This document shows positions 1 to 17,865 of a stretch of DNA of 64,000 bases, piece by piece. Source of the DNA: Macrostomum hystrix. Taxonomy: Eukaryota; Animalia; Platyhelminthes. A program made the position numbers and the translations under genes. Position 1 is the first letter of the stretch. Every line of letters begins with the position of its first letter. A model generated the notes under the pieces. It saw nothing but the letters and a program-made list of their open reading frames with translations. It ran no database searches and was not told the origin of the DNA. Location: assembly GCA_950097015.1 (NCBI GenBank), contig CATNEN010000030.1:1-64000 (forward strand), given 5' to 3'.

Positions 1-157
1 AGAGGGATATTTGAGAAGCGTTGGTCGGGAAGTTAGGGATCCCAGACAAGTCAGGGAAAGGGGGTTTTTGGAAGAAGGTGAAATCTGATCACACAGTTTT
101 CAATCTTAGAAATAAGAAAACACCGTTATGGGGGGGCAAAGCTAACAGTAGCGCTCA

Positions 158-6094
<5,937 letters not shown>

Positions 6095-6388
6095 TGATAA
6101 CTCGCTATCGTTTAAGTCATCGGTTATCCATATTAAAAAGCCGATCGCGTTCTACTACTGTAAGTAGGTAAAGAAAAGTGCCTTAAAGTTGAAATTTTTC
6201 AACACATATCGGCATTACAAATGTTATTAGATTCCACGTAATTTATCATTAAAAGTATAAAAATGATATTGCTACGTTAAACATTCATCATAATCAATGT
6301 TATTATTAATTTTCTAAAACACACTTAAGAGTTCACCTTAGCAAAAACTATAGCGCCCTATGCCATGCAAGAGACTTTAACAGCAACT

Positions 6389-6460
6389 TGCCGTGACCAG
6401 GATTCGAACCTGGGTTGTCTCGGCCACAACGAGAAGTACTAACCACTATACGATCACGGC
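6389..6460 (-). tRNA. trnH-GUG: tRNA-His (GUG)
   Basis: GCCGTGATCGTATAGTGGTTAGTACTTCTCGTTGTGGCCGAGACAACCCAGGTTCGAATCCTGGTCACGGCA: intact cloverleaf, GTG anticodon, T-run terminator ~45 nt downstream. Confidence 0.97.
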
Positions 6461-6934
6461 TAACCGACGCTCATTAAAAGAGAAGAAAACTGGGAATTTA
6501 ATAGAACCAAAGCAAACGATATCTGACTTGCGATTTTTTTTAGTACGACAACATTAGCTTTTTAAGGTATGCTAATCATAATTCTGTGTGTCTACCATGG
6601 ACTACTAGACAACGCATCGGTGCCAACCTACCAACTTGCAACAAATAATAACTAAGTAATGGGATCTTAAATTAAATAAATGTTTATAAGTTTACCAGTG
6701 GATTGGATTGATGAGTTTAAGGCTAAGTAATTATTTAACTGTTGCAATATGCCCTGAGATGATATATAATGGTTTAAAGGCTAAAACATTGAACAATCCT
6801 CAAACAATTTTAAGTCTGATATTTGAGCTTGCCTAAAAAGAAGTGATGGCATGAATTTAGGAGAAATTTTATTTAATGCAGTCCTACACAGGCTGAGCGG
6901 AAAAAAGGCCAAAAAGTGGAGCAAAAAATAAAAA

Positions 6935-7295
6935 AAACAATTTGGAATAGTTTCTAAGCAACAGAAAATTGACAAGGCACATTGCAAGACTTGCAAAATT
7001 ATCGTTGAAGAAAAAAGGCCTCTGGTAGAGACATGTTTTCTTCAAATAATTTAACTAAGTAGTAAAAAAAACCAAACTCTGACAAACATTATGAACTCTT
7101 CATTAACATTAGGAACCCTGAGCCAAGCAAACAAATACTTAAGAAAATGTATGATGATCAAGACAACAAAATAAAAGGATTCTTGAAAGCACTATAATTT
7201 AAATCTCAGGCAATTTTTTGGGTTCTGGTTTAAGAAAAAATACACTGAGCTGGCAATGTATTTAAGGGCCACTCAAAAAATGCTTTCTGTGGACA
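6935..7295 (+). mobile_element. Degenerate, internally deleted hAT-type transposase remnant
   Basis: Frameshifted BED-finger-like IWNSF/KQQKIDKAHCKTCKIIV near 6945-7010 and C-terminal-like KKYTELAMYLRATQKMLSV near 7235-7290. Confidence 0.45.
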
Positions 7296-7577
7296 TTAGG
7301 ACATTAGGCCAAACTAATTACTTCTCCTAATGCTGCAAAAAAGTTTTTGCAAATTTAGCTAAAATTTGTGCTATAAAGACTATTTTTCAATTTGTAACTT
7401 GACAGTATCATAAGGCTACACATTTTTAAGCAAAATATTAGAGCACTTAAAAATGTACCTATAGTCAAAAACTAGAGACAACTTAACTTAACAAGGTGAA
7501 TATAAATTGGCAATCCTGCAGTTTTTTAACTTTACATTTTTATCTCTGGAGCTTGTTCCCCACGTAATTTTGACTTA

Positions 7578-7827
7578 GTAAATCACTCTATCAGGTTATC
7601 AACCTAGGCTAGTAAACCCAAGTGATGCCACCAATCCCACCATCGACACCAATACCATTAAGGGCACATGGGCCAACTGCAAGGCGAGGTACTAGGCCAT
7701 GCATGGCACAGCAGATGGTTTAGGCCTATTTGGATCCTACTTGCGGGAGTTCCTCTGGCACCAACAATTTCCAGAGAAACAGTTTAGAATGATTCTACAT
7801 TGGATTCAGACTTATTATCATTGCTAA
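7578..7827 (+). mobile_element. Merlin/ISXO2-like (IS1595 family) DDE transposase C-terminal remnant
   Basis: VNHS...DTNTIKGTWANCKARY*AMHGT...SYLREFLWHQQF matches the family pattern VNHS..FV.P..HTNTIEG.W...K...HG....YL.EF.WRRRF; one in-frame stop. Confidence 0.72.
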
Positions 7828-8574
7828 CTCTGCTCTGTGTATAGTGACACAAACAACTGACACTTGTTTAAATAAACATTTTAACTTTCAAATTTGTTTT
7901 CGTTGTGGTAGGCCCCCTAAAGAATAAAAAGCTGTAAAATTCTGGATTACCAATAGTTTGTATTATTAGTATAGTACTCATTATTTTATTTAGTTACAAC
8001 TATTAAACATGCTTTTCTAAACACGTCCACAACACAAAAAATATTACTCCAATTTTTTTTTTCGAAATGTAACTAGGGGCAGGGCCTAGTAGTGTCTATT
8101 GCATGCCCTATTGTATTGTCATGCCACAACCCCTTGAAAGTCCAAGACAAAAAAGTAGCAATGTTAACAAATATAAAGTTAAGCTTAAAACGTAAAGTAG
8201 TCCAGAAAGTACAGTTTTAAGTTATTTTTTATACGCATTTGTACCCATAATATATTGATAAATGAGAAATACATGTAGCCACATAAACATAGGCCTATAA
8301 CACATGCATTAATACAGACGTTTATCTGATCCGACCGACTGATCGATCCGTCTATATGTATATATATATATATATATAATATATAGTAATGAAATAATTA
8401 GTCTATTTTAAATTGTTATTAAAATCAAAATATTTCTTGTGTACTGTTATTACAACTGAATTTATGCTAAATCATCTTCTCATATAACCGGTATTTTCGT
8501 ACGGATGTTTTGTATTAATTATGTATTTAGTATTTGTTTAAACTACGCTTGACAAGTTAAATATACAGATGTTA

Positions 8575-9900
8575 GGCTTTTCACGCAAATCGATTCCAGA
8601 ACCAGAATTATTCTGATTCCAGAACCAGAATCAGTAGGAAACTGAAAAGCTCAGAACTTTCTTTTATTTCGCTTTTTTTCTGAAATAATTAAAAAGCAAG
8701 TATATTAAAATAACAATCAGCAAAGAAAATACTACAATCAATCGCATAACTTCATGAATTATCTGTATTTGTTTTAACACAACTGTGTAAAAATTCAAAT
8801 AATTCAAGGCTTGAGCATGTGCTGCACGTACCGTGTTTGCCTTTGCCCTACAGTGTTGATTAATTTACATCCATTTTTTCAAGAATGACTGATCAAAGAT
8901 CTTTCTTATTCATTAAAGACAACATCGTCTTGACGATTGCAGCAGCTTCAGAAGCAGATGCATTAGAATTTCTTAATCAGTGCAAAATTGAGTCACGAAA
9001 CGAACAGACGTTTATTCAACAACCACATTCTATCCTCGGCCAAATAACGAAGGCAACCCATCTGTCACCGATATCAACATCAGACAATGCGGTCAACGCT
9101 AAAAAGCAGGAAGATATAGCGGCACATGATCTACTTCAGCAACTGAATGAAGGCAGTGAGGAGAAGTGCAAGGACGAGAAACGTGAAAGAGAAAGGAAGG
9201 AAACCAAGTGCTTTCTAAGTTGTGCCAGCAAAAGAAAGAAGGATTTTAACAGCAAATTGACTAAAAAGAAAGTTCTTTGGAAGAGAATCCAAGATGACAT
9301 GAATGCACAAGGGTATAGTCTCACATCTGAGCAGTGCGAAAACAAGTACTTTTTGTAATGCCCTCCAACATCTCCAAGCATGTTGGTACAGTGGAGACAG
9401 AGATAGCAATGCCATCCATACATTCTCTGTCGTGATCAAGAATCAGCTTGGCAGGTTCATCTACATAATTAAAAAACAGTTCATTTACTAGATAAGCCAA
9501 AGAAGCGTCCATTCATATTCTTGTTATTACAGTTAGGACCAGATACTAATGCTTCCAATTGAAAAACAATTCAGACAAATCAAATTTAAGTTTGTCGGCC
9601 GTTCTTATTATTTTTAAACACACTCCTACCTGGAATATAAAGTACGGGGAAAAAGAAAATGATTTGTACTTGATAAATGTTAGTGGACTGTAATCTACAA
9701 TTGAGTTCAGATTGTTCTTCGGATTTGCGATTTTAAATTATTTCCCCCGTTTCCATGGGAAAATGACAACGAATCGAGAAATTTTCTCGAACCAAATTCC
9801 AGAACCAGAACACGGTTCCGGAATCGATTCTGAAAACGGAACAGGCAAAATGAAAAGTTTCGAACCGATTCTGGTTCTGGAATCGGTAGAATGAAAAGCC
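8575..9900 (+). mobile_element. Internally deleted PIF/Harbinger-like DNA transposon carrying a Myb/SANT (trihelix) ORF
   Basis: Imperfect TIRs GGCTTTTCA...CGATTCCAGAACCAGAAT at both ends; subterminal CCAGAACCAGAA repeats; ORF 8885-9358 ends in a Myb-like segment (ETKCFL...KKVLWKRIQDDMNAQGYSLTSEQCENK); short convergent ORF 9512-9321 may be the transposase N-terminus. Confidence 0.75.
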
Positions 9901-11358
9901 TAAGTGACACCAGTTGCAACCGGTTTTCTGACACGCACGCGCTCATCGAGATTAGCCACTAAGTTTAGATAATTAGATGCGAACGTTAGATTATAATTAA
10001 TATAACCACCTTTAACTAATCTTGCTCTAGATTGTAAGCGCGTGCGTTAGCAAAGCGGCGTAATTGATATAACAGAGAAGTAGGCCCTATCACTAATTAT
10101 ATCACTAATTATATTACATTAAGCTGCAGCCTTTCAAAACGACTTACAATTTATTTTAAATGGCGACCACCGACCAATAATTTCATTACATATACGATAT
10201 ATATATAATTCTCAGAACTTACACATCGAGCATTTTTAGTTGATTCATTAAGTCGTAATAATTTAGACCTAAAACATATATTTTAAAACTTATCTGCTAG
10301 ATAATTTACCAAAAAGTCTGTGTTTTTTTCTCGTGTGATAGTTTTGTTTAGCACTGCATAAACAAAGTTAAACCCGCATGAACTACTGACAAGTTAGATA
10401 AATGTCGGAAGTTGTCAGTATGTTAAGACTCAAAATGTTAGTATAATTACATTGGGTACAAATACTAAAACTATGTTGGTTCAAAGTCAGTTTTATGACC
10501 ATCATTCCCTCTCAATTATTTACTAATAAATATACTTACAATTTAAGACACAATTCGTAGAAATTTAGTGTAACGAATGGATGGATAAAATTAAAATTAA
10601 AAACAAATATAAAATATCAATAAAAATCCATTAGTCACCAATTTTTTACAAATATCGGTAACCTTTATAGCAAATAAATGAATATCAATCATTTTTTTAT
10701 AAAATGGCCATCACAAGGAATTCAGGTTTCAGAACTTCACTACATAGTTGAACGTTAGCAAACTATACAAGCAGAAACCATCGCCCCTTAAAATCGGCAA
10801 ATATCCCACACCAATTTAGTTGCAATTTCAATACATAGTTGAAACAGCTCTTATGTACTTGCAGCCATGTCATGCGCAAACGCTTCCGCCCCAATCGATT
10901 TCCGTTTCGTAAGCGCCGAAATTCAGTGTCAGGACGGAGCGCCTAAAAACACAAGTGAGGATACAGAAAGGGCATCTACCAACTTTAGGCTAACACTGTA
11001 TTAAATATACGAGAGGTAGATTGCTTTGATAATTCATGCGAGCGGACTCTGCGAGACTGCGAGAACCTGCTCTTAATTAGGTTCTAGAACTTTAATTATA
11101 ATTAAGCAAATTGTAATTAGCCATACGGCGCCATTGCCGATGTTGATTACTCTTTTATAACTCCATTTCCGAAGGAGTATTGAGAAGGGACGGATTGAGA
11201 TACGTTGAGTAGAGAAGACAACTTTCTTGTAGCACAATAATAGCTGCAACCAAAATTGTCTATGGTCCTATCAGAACTTTGAACATTGAGCTTTTTAATA
11301 GCATGCTGAGAAGTTGTCTTAGCCAGATTTTCTTTAGAATATCGAATATCTGGCAGCC

Positions 11359-12920
11359 ATGTTCGGAGGCGGCTGCAACGCGGACTGGCAGCAGCAGCAG
11401 CAGGATGCCGTGAACTGGAAGGACTGCATACATCGATGGAAGCGCAGCAGAGAGAAATGGCGACTCGAGACCGTCAAGCTGCAGCGTCAACTATGTGAGA
11501 TGACTCGCAGCGCGTATCACTGGCGGCAGCAGGTAATACAAGGCGATTCTGATGGTGGTCAAGTATTGGTAATTAACAGCAGTAGAACTACCAAGCGAGG
11601 GGGGCAATTTTTTGTGCTGCACCTGAACGGAGCACTGCAAGCACACGAAACTAGGGCCAACTTTTTGTTTCGCATCTTCTGAAACAATAATCAAGTTGCC
11701 ATCTCGTCAAACCGTCGAGATTTTAAATGGTTCTGGCCGAAGGTCGGATTTTTCACATAAGCGCTAGTGTATTTCATACACCCTATACACGAATAAGCAC
11801 TGCGCCTTGCCAGGCCTTTAAAATTTATCAGCATGTCGCCCGAATGTGCTGCGTCATCTCCGTCTTCGGTGGTCACCTACCTTTATCTAGACGGACTGCA
11901 GGACCTTCAAGGGCTACAACAGGTAGAACTAGGCCACTATGGACACCCTGACGCGAATCTTTCCAACTTCAATGATCAAGCCTAAATACTAGGCGCAGCT
12001 CAACCACAGTACACCATCACCTTCTGTCAATCAATCATTCCTGCACCACCCAAAGCTGTCAGCATTCAGGCGCTGCCAAAACATTCTCATGAGGGCGAAA
12101 TGGCCTGGTAGTCCTACTGTTAAAGTGGTGGGAAAGTGACCCAATATCTTAGTATTTTAGTGACAGGAGTCGTGGCCTCTAAAGGATATGAATAATAATA
12201 GTAATAATAATTTCAGGAGGGCTGCGGGCAATGGCAGATCATTTGTGCCCCCCGCACAGAACCGCAGCCAGCGAGGAGGCAATTCTGCTCATTTCGCTGA
12301 CTCCTGAGCAGACGCGGGCACAAATACACACCTGTGTGAGCGTATTCTAACCGTCAGGCAGTGTGTGCACTTTCACTGTGCCTTGGAGGTTGGCCCTTAA
12401 GGGCGTAAATTGCACGGCTGCGCCCCAAATGAATGTGACCTCGCGGCGGAATCGAGCTCAGGGACCCTGGTGCGAGAGACAAACGCGTTAACCGCTCTGC
12501 CACTCACTCACCCCCCAAAGGATAGGAAAGTTGCCCTTTAGTGATTCTAAACTGTCCATGTATGCCGTCATCGTACAAGGAGGGGAAAATTTCCCTGTTA
12601 TTTTGTAGCCACAGCTTCCACATAATTTCATAAAAAAATGGCTCGCCAAATGATTGCAGGCCAATCTCGCCCAATCTCAGTTGAGCAAATTGCGCGAAGC
12701 CCTAGTTTGTTGGCGAAACGAATCATTGCGCTGCCGAGAGTCAGCTCGACAATGGCGCAACGAGACCTTCCGCTGGCGTAATCAGGCGCGCGCATGGAAG
12801 CGGCACTGCAACGAGCTCATGGAGCAGAAGGACGATCAACAGATTGCGCAATTGTGCCGGGCAAGGCAGACTCACTGCGCCGAGATACAACATATGTATG
12901 GTCATAGAGGCGGCTATTAA
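11359..12920 (+). CDS. Orphan 144-aa Trp/Arg-rich coiled-coil protein, 2 exons
   Basis: Exon 11359-11532 (CAG|GTAATA) and exon 12660-12920 (TTGCAG|GCC), phase 0; hydrophobic heptad register is continuous across the junction; acceptor-like TTTAG 21 nt before the ATG. Confidence 0.8.
12191..12510 (-). mobile_element. tRNA-derived SINE (family A), near full length
   Basis: Head GAGTGGCAGAGCGG...GAGCTCGATTCC, GCCCGCAGCCCTCCTG end and (ATT)n tail; homologous to four other copies in the window. Confidence 0.85.
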
Positions 12921-13318
12921 AAGTGACACATTATACTAGCCGCATTGCGCAGAAAGGCGCTTTTTACCCACCTTCAAGTTTTCTTAAGTCAGGGAGCAGA
13001 GCTTAAAGCGTTAAAAGTAATTTAATGTACAATAGGAAGCGCGTTGATACAGCATACAGTGTTTGATGGAATCAACAAATGCAGTGGTTTTTGCGTAAGT
13101 AGCATTAAAATCGAAGGAAAAACTCTTTTTTTATTACTAAAAGTATCAGCGCGCTTACTATATAACAGATTTTGGAAAACATAGAAGGACCCTTTTGCAC
13201 TTAAACTACGAGCTAAAGCCTTTATTTTTTAATTAAATACAAAACATTCTACGAAATAGATATTGTCACATATGCTGATAAAAACTATATCGTCATAGTG
13301 AATAGTCTTTGCCATTGC

Positions 13319-14079
13319 TGTCAGAAAGTCAGAAAACTGAGAGCCACCAATCAGAAGCAGTCACAGACCACACACAGTCAGAAACCTGAGAGCCACCAAT
13401 CAGAAGCAGTCACAGACCACACACAGTCAGAAACCTGAGAGCCACCAATCAGAAGCAGTCACAGACCACACAGTCAGAAACCTGAGAGCCACCAATCAGA
13501 AGCAGTCACAGACCACACACAGTCAGAAACCTGAGAGCCACCAATCAGAAGCAGTCACAGACCACACACAGTCAGAAACCTGAGAGCCACCAATCAGAAG
13601 CAGTCACAGACCACACACTGTCAGAAACCTGAGAGCCACCAATCAGAAGCAGTCACAGACCACACACAGTCAGAAACCTGAGAGCCACCAATCAGAAGCA
13701 GTCACAGACCACACAGTCAGAAACCTGAGAGCCACCAATCAGAAGCAGTCACAGACCACACACAGTCAGAAACCTGAGAGCCACCAATCAGAAGCAGTCA
13801 CAGACCACACACAGTCAGAAACCTGAGAGAGCCACCAATCAGAAGCAGTCACAGACCACACACAGTCAGAAACCTGAGAGCCACCAATCAGAAGCAGTCA
13901 CAGACCACACACAGTCAGAAACCTGAGAGCCACCAATCAGAAGCAGTCACAGACCACACAGTCAGAAACCTGAGAGCCACCAATCAGAAGCAGTCACAGA
14001 CCACACACAGTCAGAAACCTGAGAGCCACCAATCAGAAGCAGTCACAGACCACACACAGTCAGAAACCTGAGAGCCACC
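13319..14079. repeat. 49-bp minisatellite, ~15 copies, containing CCAAT
   Basis: Same unit as 4936-5119. Confidence 0.96.
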
Positions 14080-14521
14080 TGCTTTAGCAGCTTTTGTTGC
14101 TAGTTGCTAGCAATTAAAAAAGTAGCAACTATACTGAAGTTTCAGGGCGAAACGTTTGTGCTTTATCGTTGAAAATTTAAATGCTAATGCTTTTTCTTTG
14201 CGAAACAGGCAGCATTTGTTCTATTTAAAGGCCAGGCATGTTTACAGGCAAAGCTGCGGAACTGTGTGGATGGGTACAATGTCGAAAAAAATCGGTTAAA
14301 AATTGCTTGAATAGTCCTTAAAAACTGTATTCCGTTTTAAAGGCGGTTTTAGGCATTTTTGGCAAAGCTGACGCAGTTTAATCAGTTATTATTTTGTACT
14401 CATCAGAGAACCAAGCGAGACAATGTAGCTGTGTGGGAACAGGATCTGCGGCGTAAGTAGGGAAGTGATAGGAAAAATATTTGTATACGAGAGAAATTTG
14501 AGGCGGCTCGAGAAAGTGAAT

Positions 14522-17055
14522 GTTGGGGAGATGGAGCCGGGGAATAATTGGGAACTGGGGATTTTGGGGAGATGGAGTCGGGGAATAATAGGGAACTGGG
14601 GATGTTGGGGAGATGGAGTCGGGGAATAATTGGGAACTGGGGATTTTGGGGAGATGGAGTCGGGGAATAATTGGGAACTGGGGATTTTGGGGAGATGGAG
14701 CCGGGGAATAATTGGGAACTGGGGATGTTGGGGAGATGGAGTCGGGGAATAATTGGGAACTGGGGATGTTGGGGAGATGGAGCCGGGGAATAATTGGGAA
14801 CTGGGGATTTTGGGGAGATGGAGTCGAGGAATAATTGGGAACTGGGGATGTTGGGGAGATGGAGTCGGGGAATAATTGGGAACTGGGGATGTTGGGGAGA
14901 TGGAGTCGGGGAATAATTGGGAACTGGGGATGTTAGGGAGATGGAGTCGGGGAATAATTGGGAACTGGGGATGTTGGGGAGATGGAGCCGGGGAATAATT
15001 GGGAACTGGGGATTTTGGGGAGATGGAGTCGGGGAATAATTGGGAACTGGGGATGTTGGGGAGATGGAGTCGAGGAATAATTGGGAACTGGGGATGTTGG
15101 GGAGATGGAGTCGGGGAATAATTGGGAACTGGGGATGTTGGGGAGATGGAGTCGGGGAATAATTGGGAACTGGGGATTTTGGGGAGATGGAGTCGGGGAA
15201 TAATTGGGAACTGGGGATTTTGGGGAGATGGAGTCGGGGAATAATTGGGAACTGGGGATTTTGGGGAGATGGAGTCGGGGAATAATTGGGAACTGGGGAT
15301 GTTGGGGAGATGGAGTCGGGGAATAATTGGGAACTGGGGATTTTGGGGAGATGGAGTCGGGGAATAATTGGGAACTGGGGATTTTGGGGAGATGGAGTCG
15401 GGGAATAATTGGGAACTGGGGATTTTGGGGAGATGGAGCCGGGGAATAATTGGGAACTGGGGATTTTGGGGAGATGGAGTCAGGGAATAATTGGGAACTG
15501 GGGATTTTGGGGAGATGGAGCCGGGGAATAATTGGGAACTGGGGATGTTGGGGAGATGGAGTCGGGGAATAATTGGGAACTGGGGATGTTGGGGAGATGG
15601 AGCCGGGGAATAATTGGGAACTGGGGATGTTGGGGAGATGGAGTCGGGGAATAATTGGGAACTGGGGATTTTGGGGAGATGGAGTCGGGGAATAATTGGG
15701 AACTGGGGATTTTGGGGAGATGGAGTCGGGGAATAATTGGGAACTGGGGATTTTGGGGAGATGGAGTCGGGGAATAATTGGGAACTGGGGATGTTGGGGA
15801 GATGGAGTCGGGGAATAATTGGGAACTGGGGATTTTGGGGAGATGGAGTCGGGGAATAATTGGGAACTGGGGATTTTAGGGAGATGGAGTCGGGGAATAA
15901 TTGGGAACTGGGGATGTTGGGGAGATGGAGCCGGGGAATAATTGGGAACTGGGGATGTTGGGGAGATGGAGTCGGGGAATAATTGGGAACTGGGGATGTT
16001 GGGGAGATGGAGCCGGGGAATAATTGGGAACTGGGGATGTTGGGGAGATGGAGTCGGGGAATAATTGGGAACTGGGGATTTTGGGGAGATGGAGTCGGGG
16101 AATAATTGGGAACTGGGGATGTTGGGGAGATGGAGTCGGGGAATAATTGGGAACTGGGGATGTTGGGGAGATGGAGTCGGGGAATAATTGGGAACTGGGG
16201 ATGTTGGGGAGATGGAGCCGGGGAATAATTGGGAACTGGGGGTGTTGGGGAGATGGAGTCGGGGAATAATTGGGAACTGGGGGTGTTGGGGAGATGGAGT
16301 CGGGGAATAATTGGGAACTGGGGATGTTGGGGAGATGGAGTCGGGGAATAATTGGGAACTGGGTATGTTGGGGAGATGGAGCCGGGGAATAATTGGGAAC
16401 TGGGGATGTTGGGGAGATGGAGTCGGGGAATAATTGGGAACTGGGGATGTTGGGGAGATGGAGTCGGGGAATAATTGGGAACTGGGGATGTTGGGGAGAT
16501 GGAGTCGGGGAATAATTGGGAACTGGGGATGTTGGGGAGATGGAGTCGGGGAATAATTGGGAACTGGGGATGTTGGGGAGATGGAGTCGGGGAATAATTG
16601 GGAACTGGGGATGTTGTGGAGATGGAGTCGGGGAATAATTGGGAACTGGGGATGTTGGGGAGATGGAGTCGGGGAATAATTGGGAACTGGGGATGTTGGG
16701 GAGATGGAGTCGGGGAATAATTGGGAACTGGGGATGTTGGGGAGATGGAGCCGGGGAATAATTGGGAACTGGGGATTTTGGGGAGATGGAGTCGGGGAAT
16801 AATTGGGAACTGGGGATGTTGGGGAGATGGAGTCGGGGAATAATTGGGAACTGGGTATGTTGGGGAGATGGAGTCGGGGAATAATTGGGAACTGGGGATG
16901 TTGGGGTGATGGAGTCGGGGAATAATTGGGAACTGGGGATGTTGGGGAGATGGAGTCGGGGAATAATTGGGAACTGGGGATGTTGAAGAGATGGAGTCGG
17001 GGAATAATTGGGAACTGGGGATGTTGGGGAGATGGAGTCGGGGAATAATTGTAAA
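14522..17055. repeat. 41-bp G-rich minisatellite, ~62 copies
   Basis: Unit GGGGAGATGGAGTCGGGGAATAATTGGGAACTGGGGATGTT. Confidence 0.97.
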
Positions 17056-17865
17056 CTGGGGATCCCGGGGGAGGGAGACGGGGAATAATTTTGAACTTGT
17101 TCGCTTTCTCCATTTCAGTCCAGTATAGAGACACAGCATGAGATAATTGGAATAGCGAATCGTTATAGTTGGTTCGCAATCTATATACTTCTTATGAAGC
17201 TGCGGCAGTAGTTAATCCTCCTTCCTATTCTCCTGTACCCCTCAGTTATAGGACAGGCCAACAGATACTTTGACCTAAAATGAGAACACAGATCGATAAA
17301 TAAGAGCGATAGCTCTAGCTCTGTAAGACACATGGGGATAAATATGAATACAGACGTAGAGACTAAACTTCTAATCTATTGGATTGAGATTGCAGAAGTC
17401 GATCAGACGAGCGCGTAATGGAATATTGCATTTGGAACAGTCTCGACCGATTCCAGTGGTCAGAATCAAGAGCTGGTCGGCCTCAACTTCAGCGTGTCTG
17501 TCTCATTTCTCTTGCGAGTGAGTGCTCGAGAAAAAGTAAGTAATTGCCATGCAGAACGCAAGCAGCAAGGGGACGAGAATAAGAAGAGGCCAAATAAGAA
17601 TTGCTGAGTAGGGTCCTAGAGTCAGATCATCCCGACCTGAGGTCCGTCCTCAACGGACTTTGCGATGCTTTATGTCACACTGCCTGCAGTGCTTCTAGAA
17701 GCAAATGCAACGAAGAATAAGAGCCAAGTTGAAAAAAATACTGAAATATATTAGGATAAAATCATGCAGAAACGGGAAATTTATGCCAGGTGATATAAAT
17801 CCCGAGAGGAATATGGTGACATCTACCGAACTGATAATCCTTTTCAATGATTGTCATAGGCGGGT

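Noticed and set aside
8355-8385. (TA)n run, plus (CAG)n runs near 24790 and 30190
   Set aside because: Ordinary short microsatellites.
13060-17535. Plus-strand micro-exon chain (MESTNAVVFA/QHLFYLK.../SRSDERVMEY...)
   Set aside because: A phase-consistent path exists, but the product resembles nothing and several donors are weak; kept only under the general island finding.
17632-17662. Hairpin GTCCGT-CCTCA-ACGGAC as a possible ribozyme
   Set aside because: A single short stem with no recognisable catalytic core.
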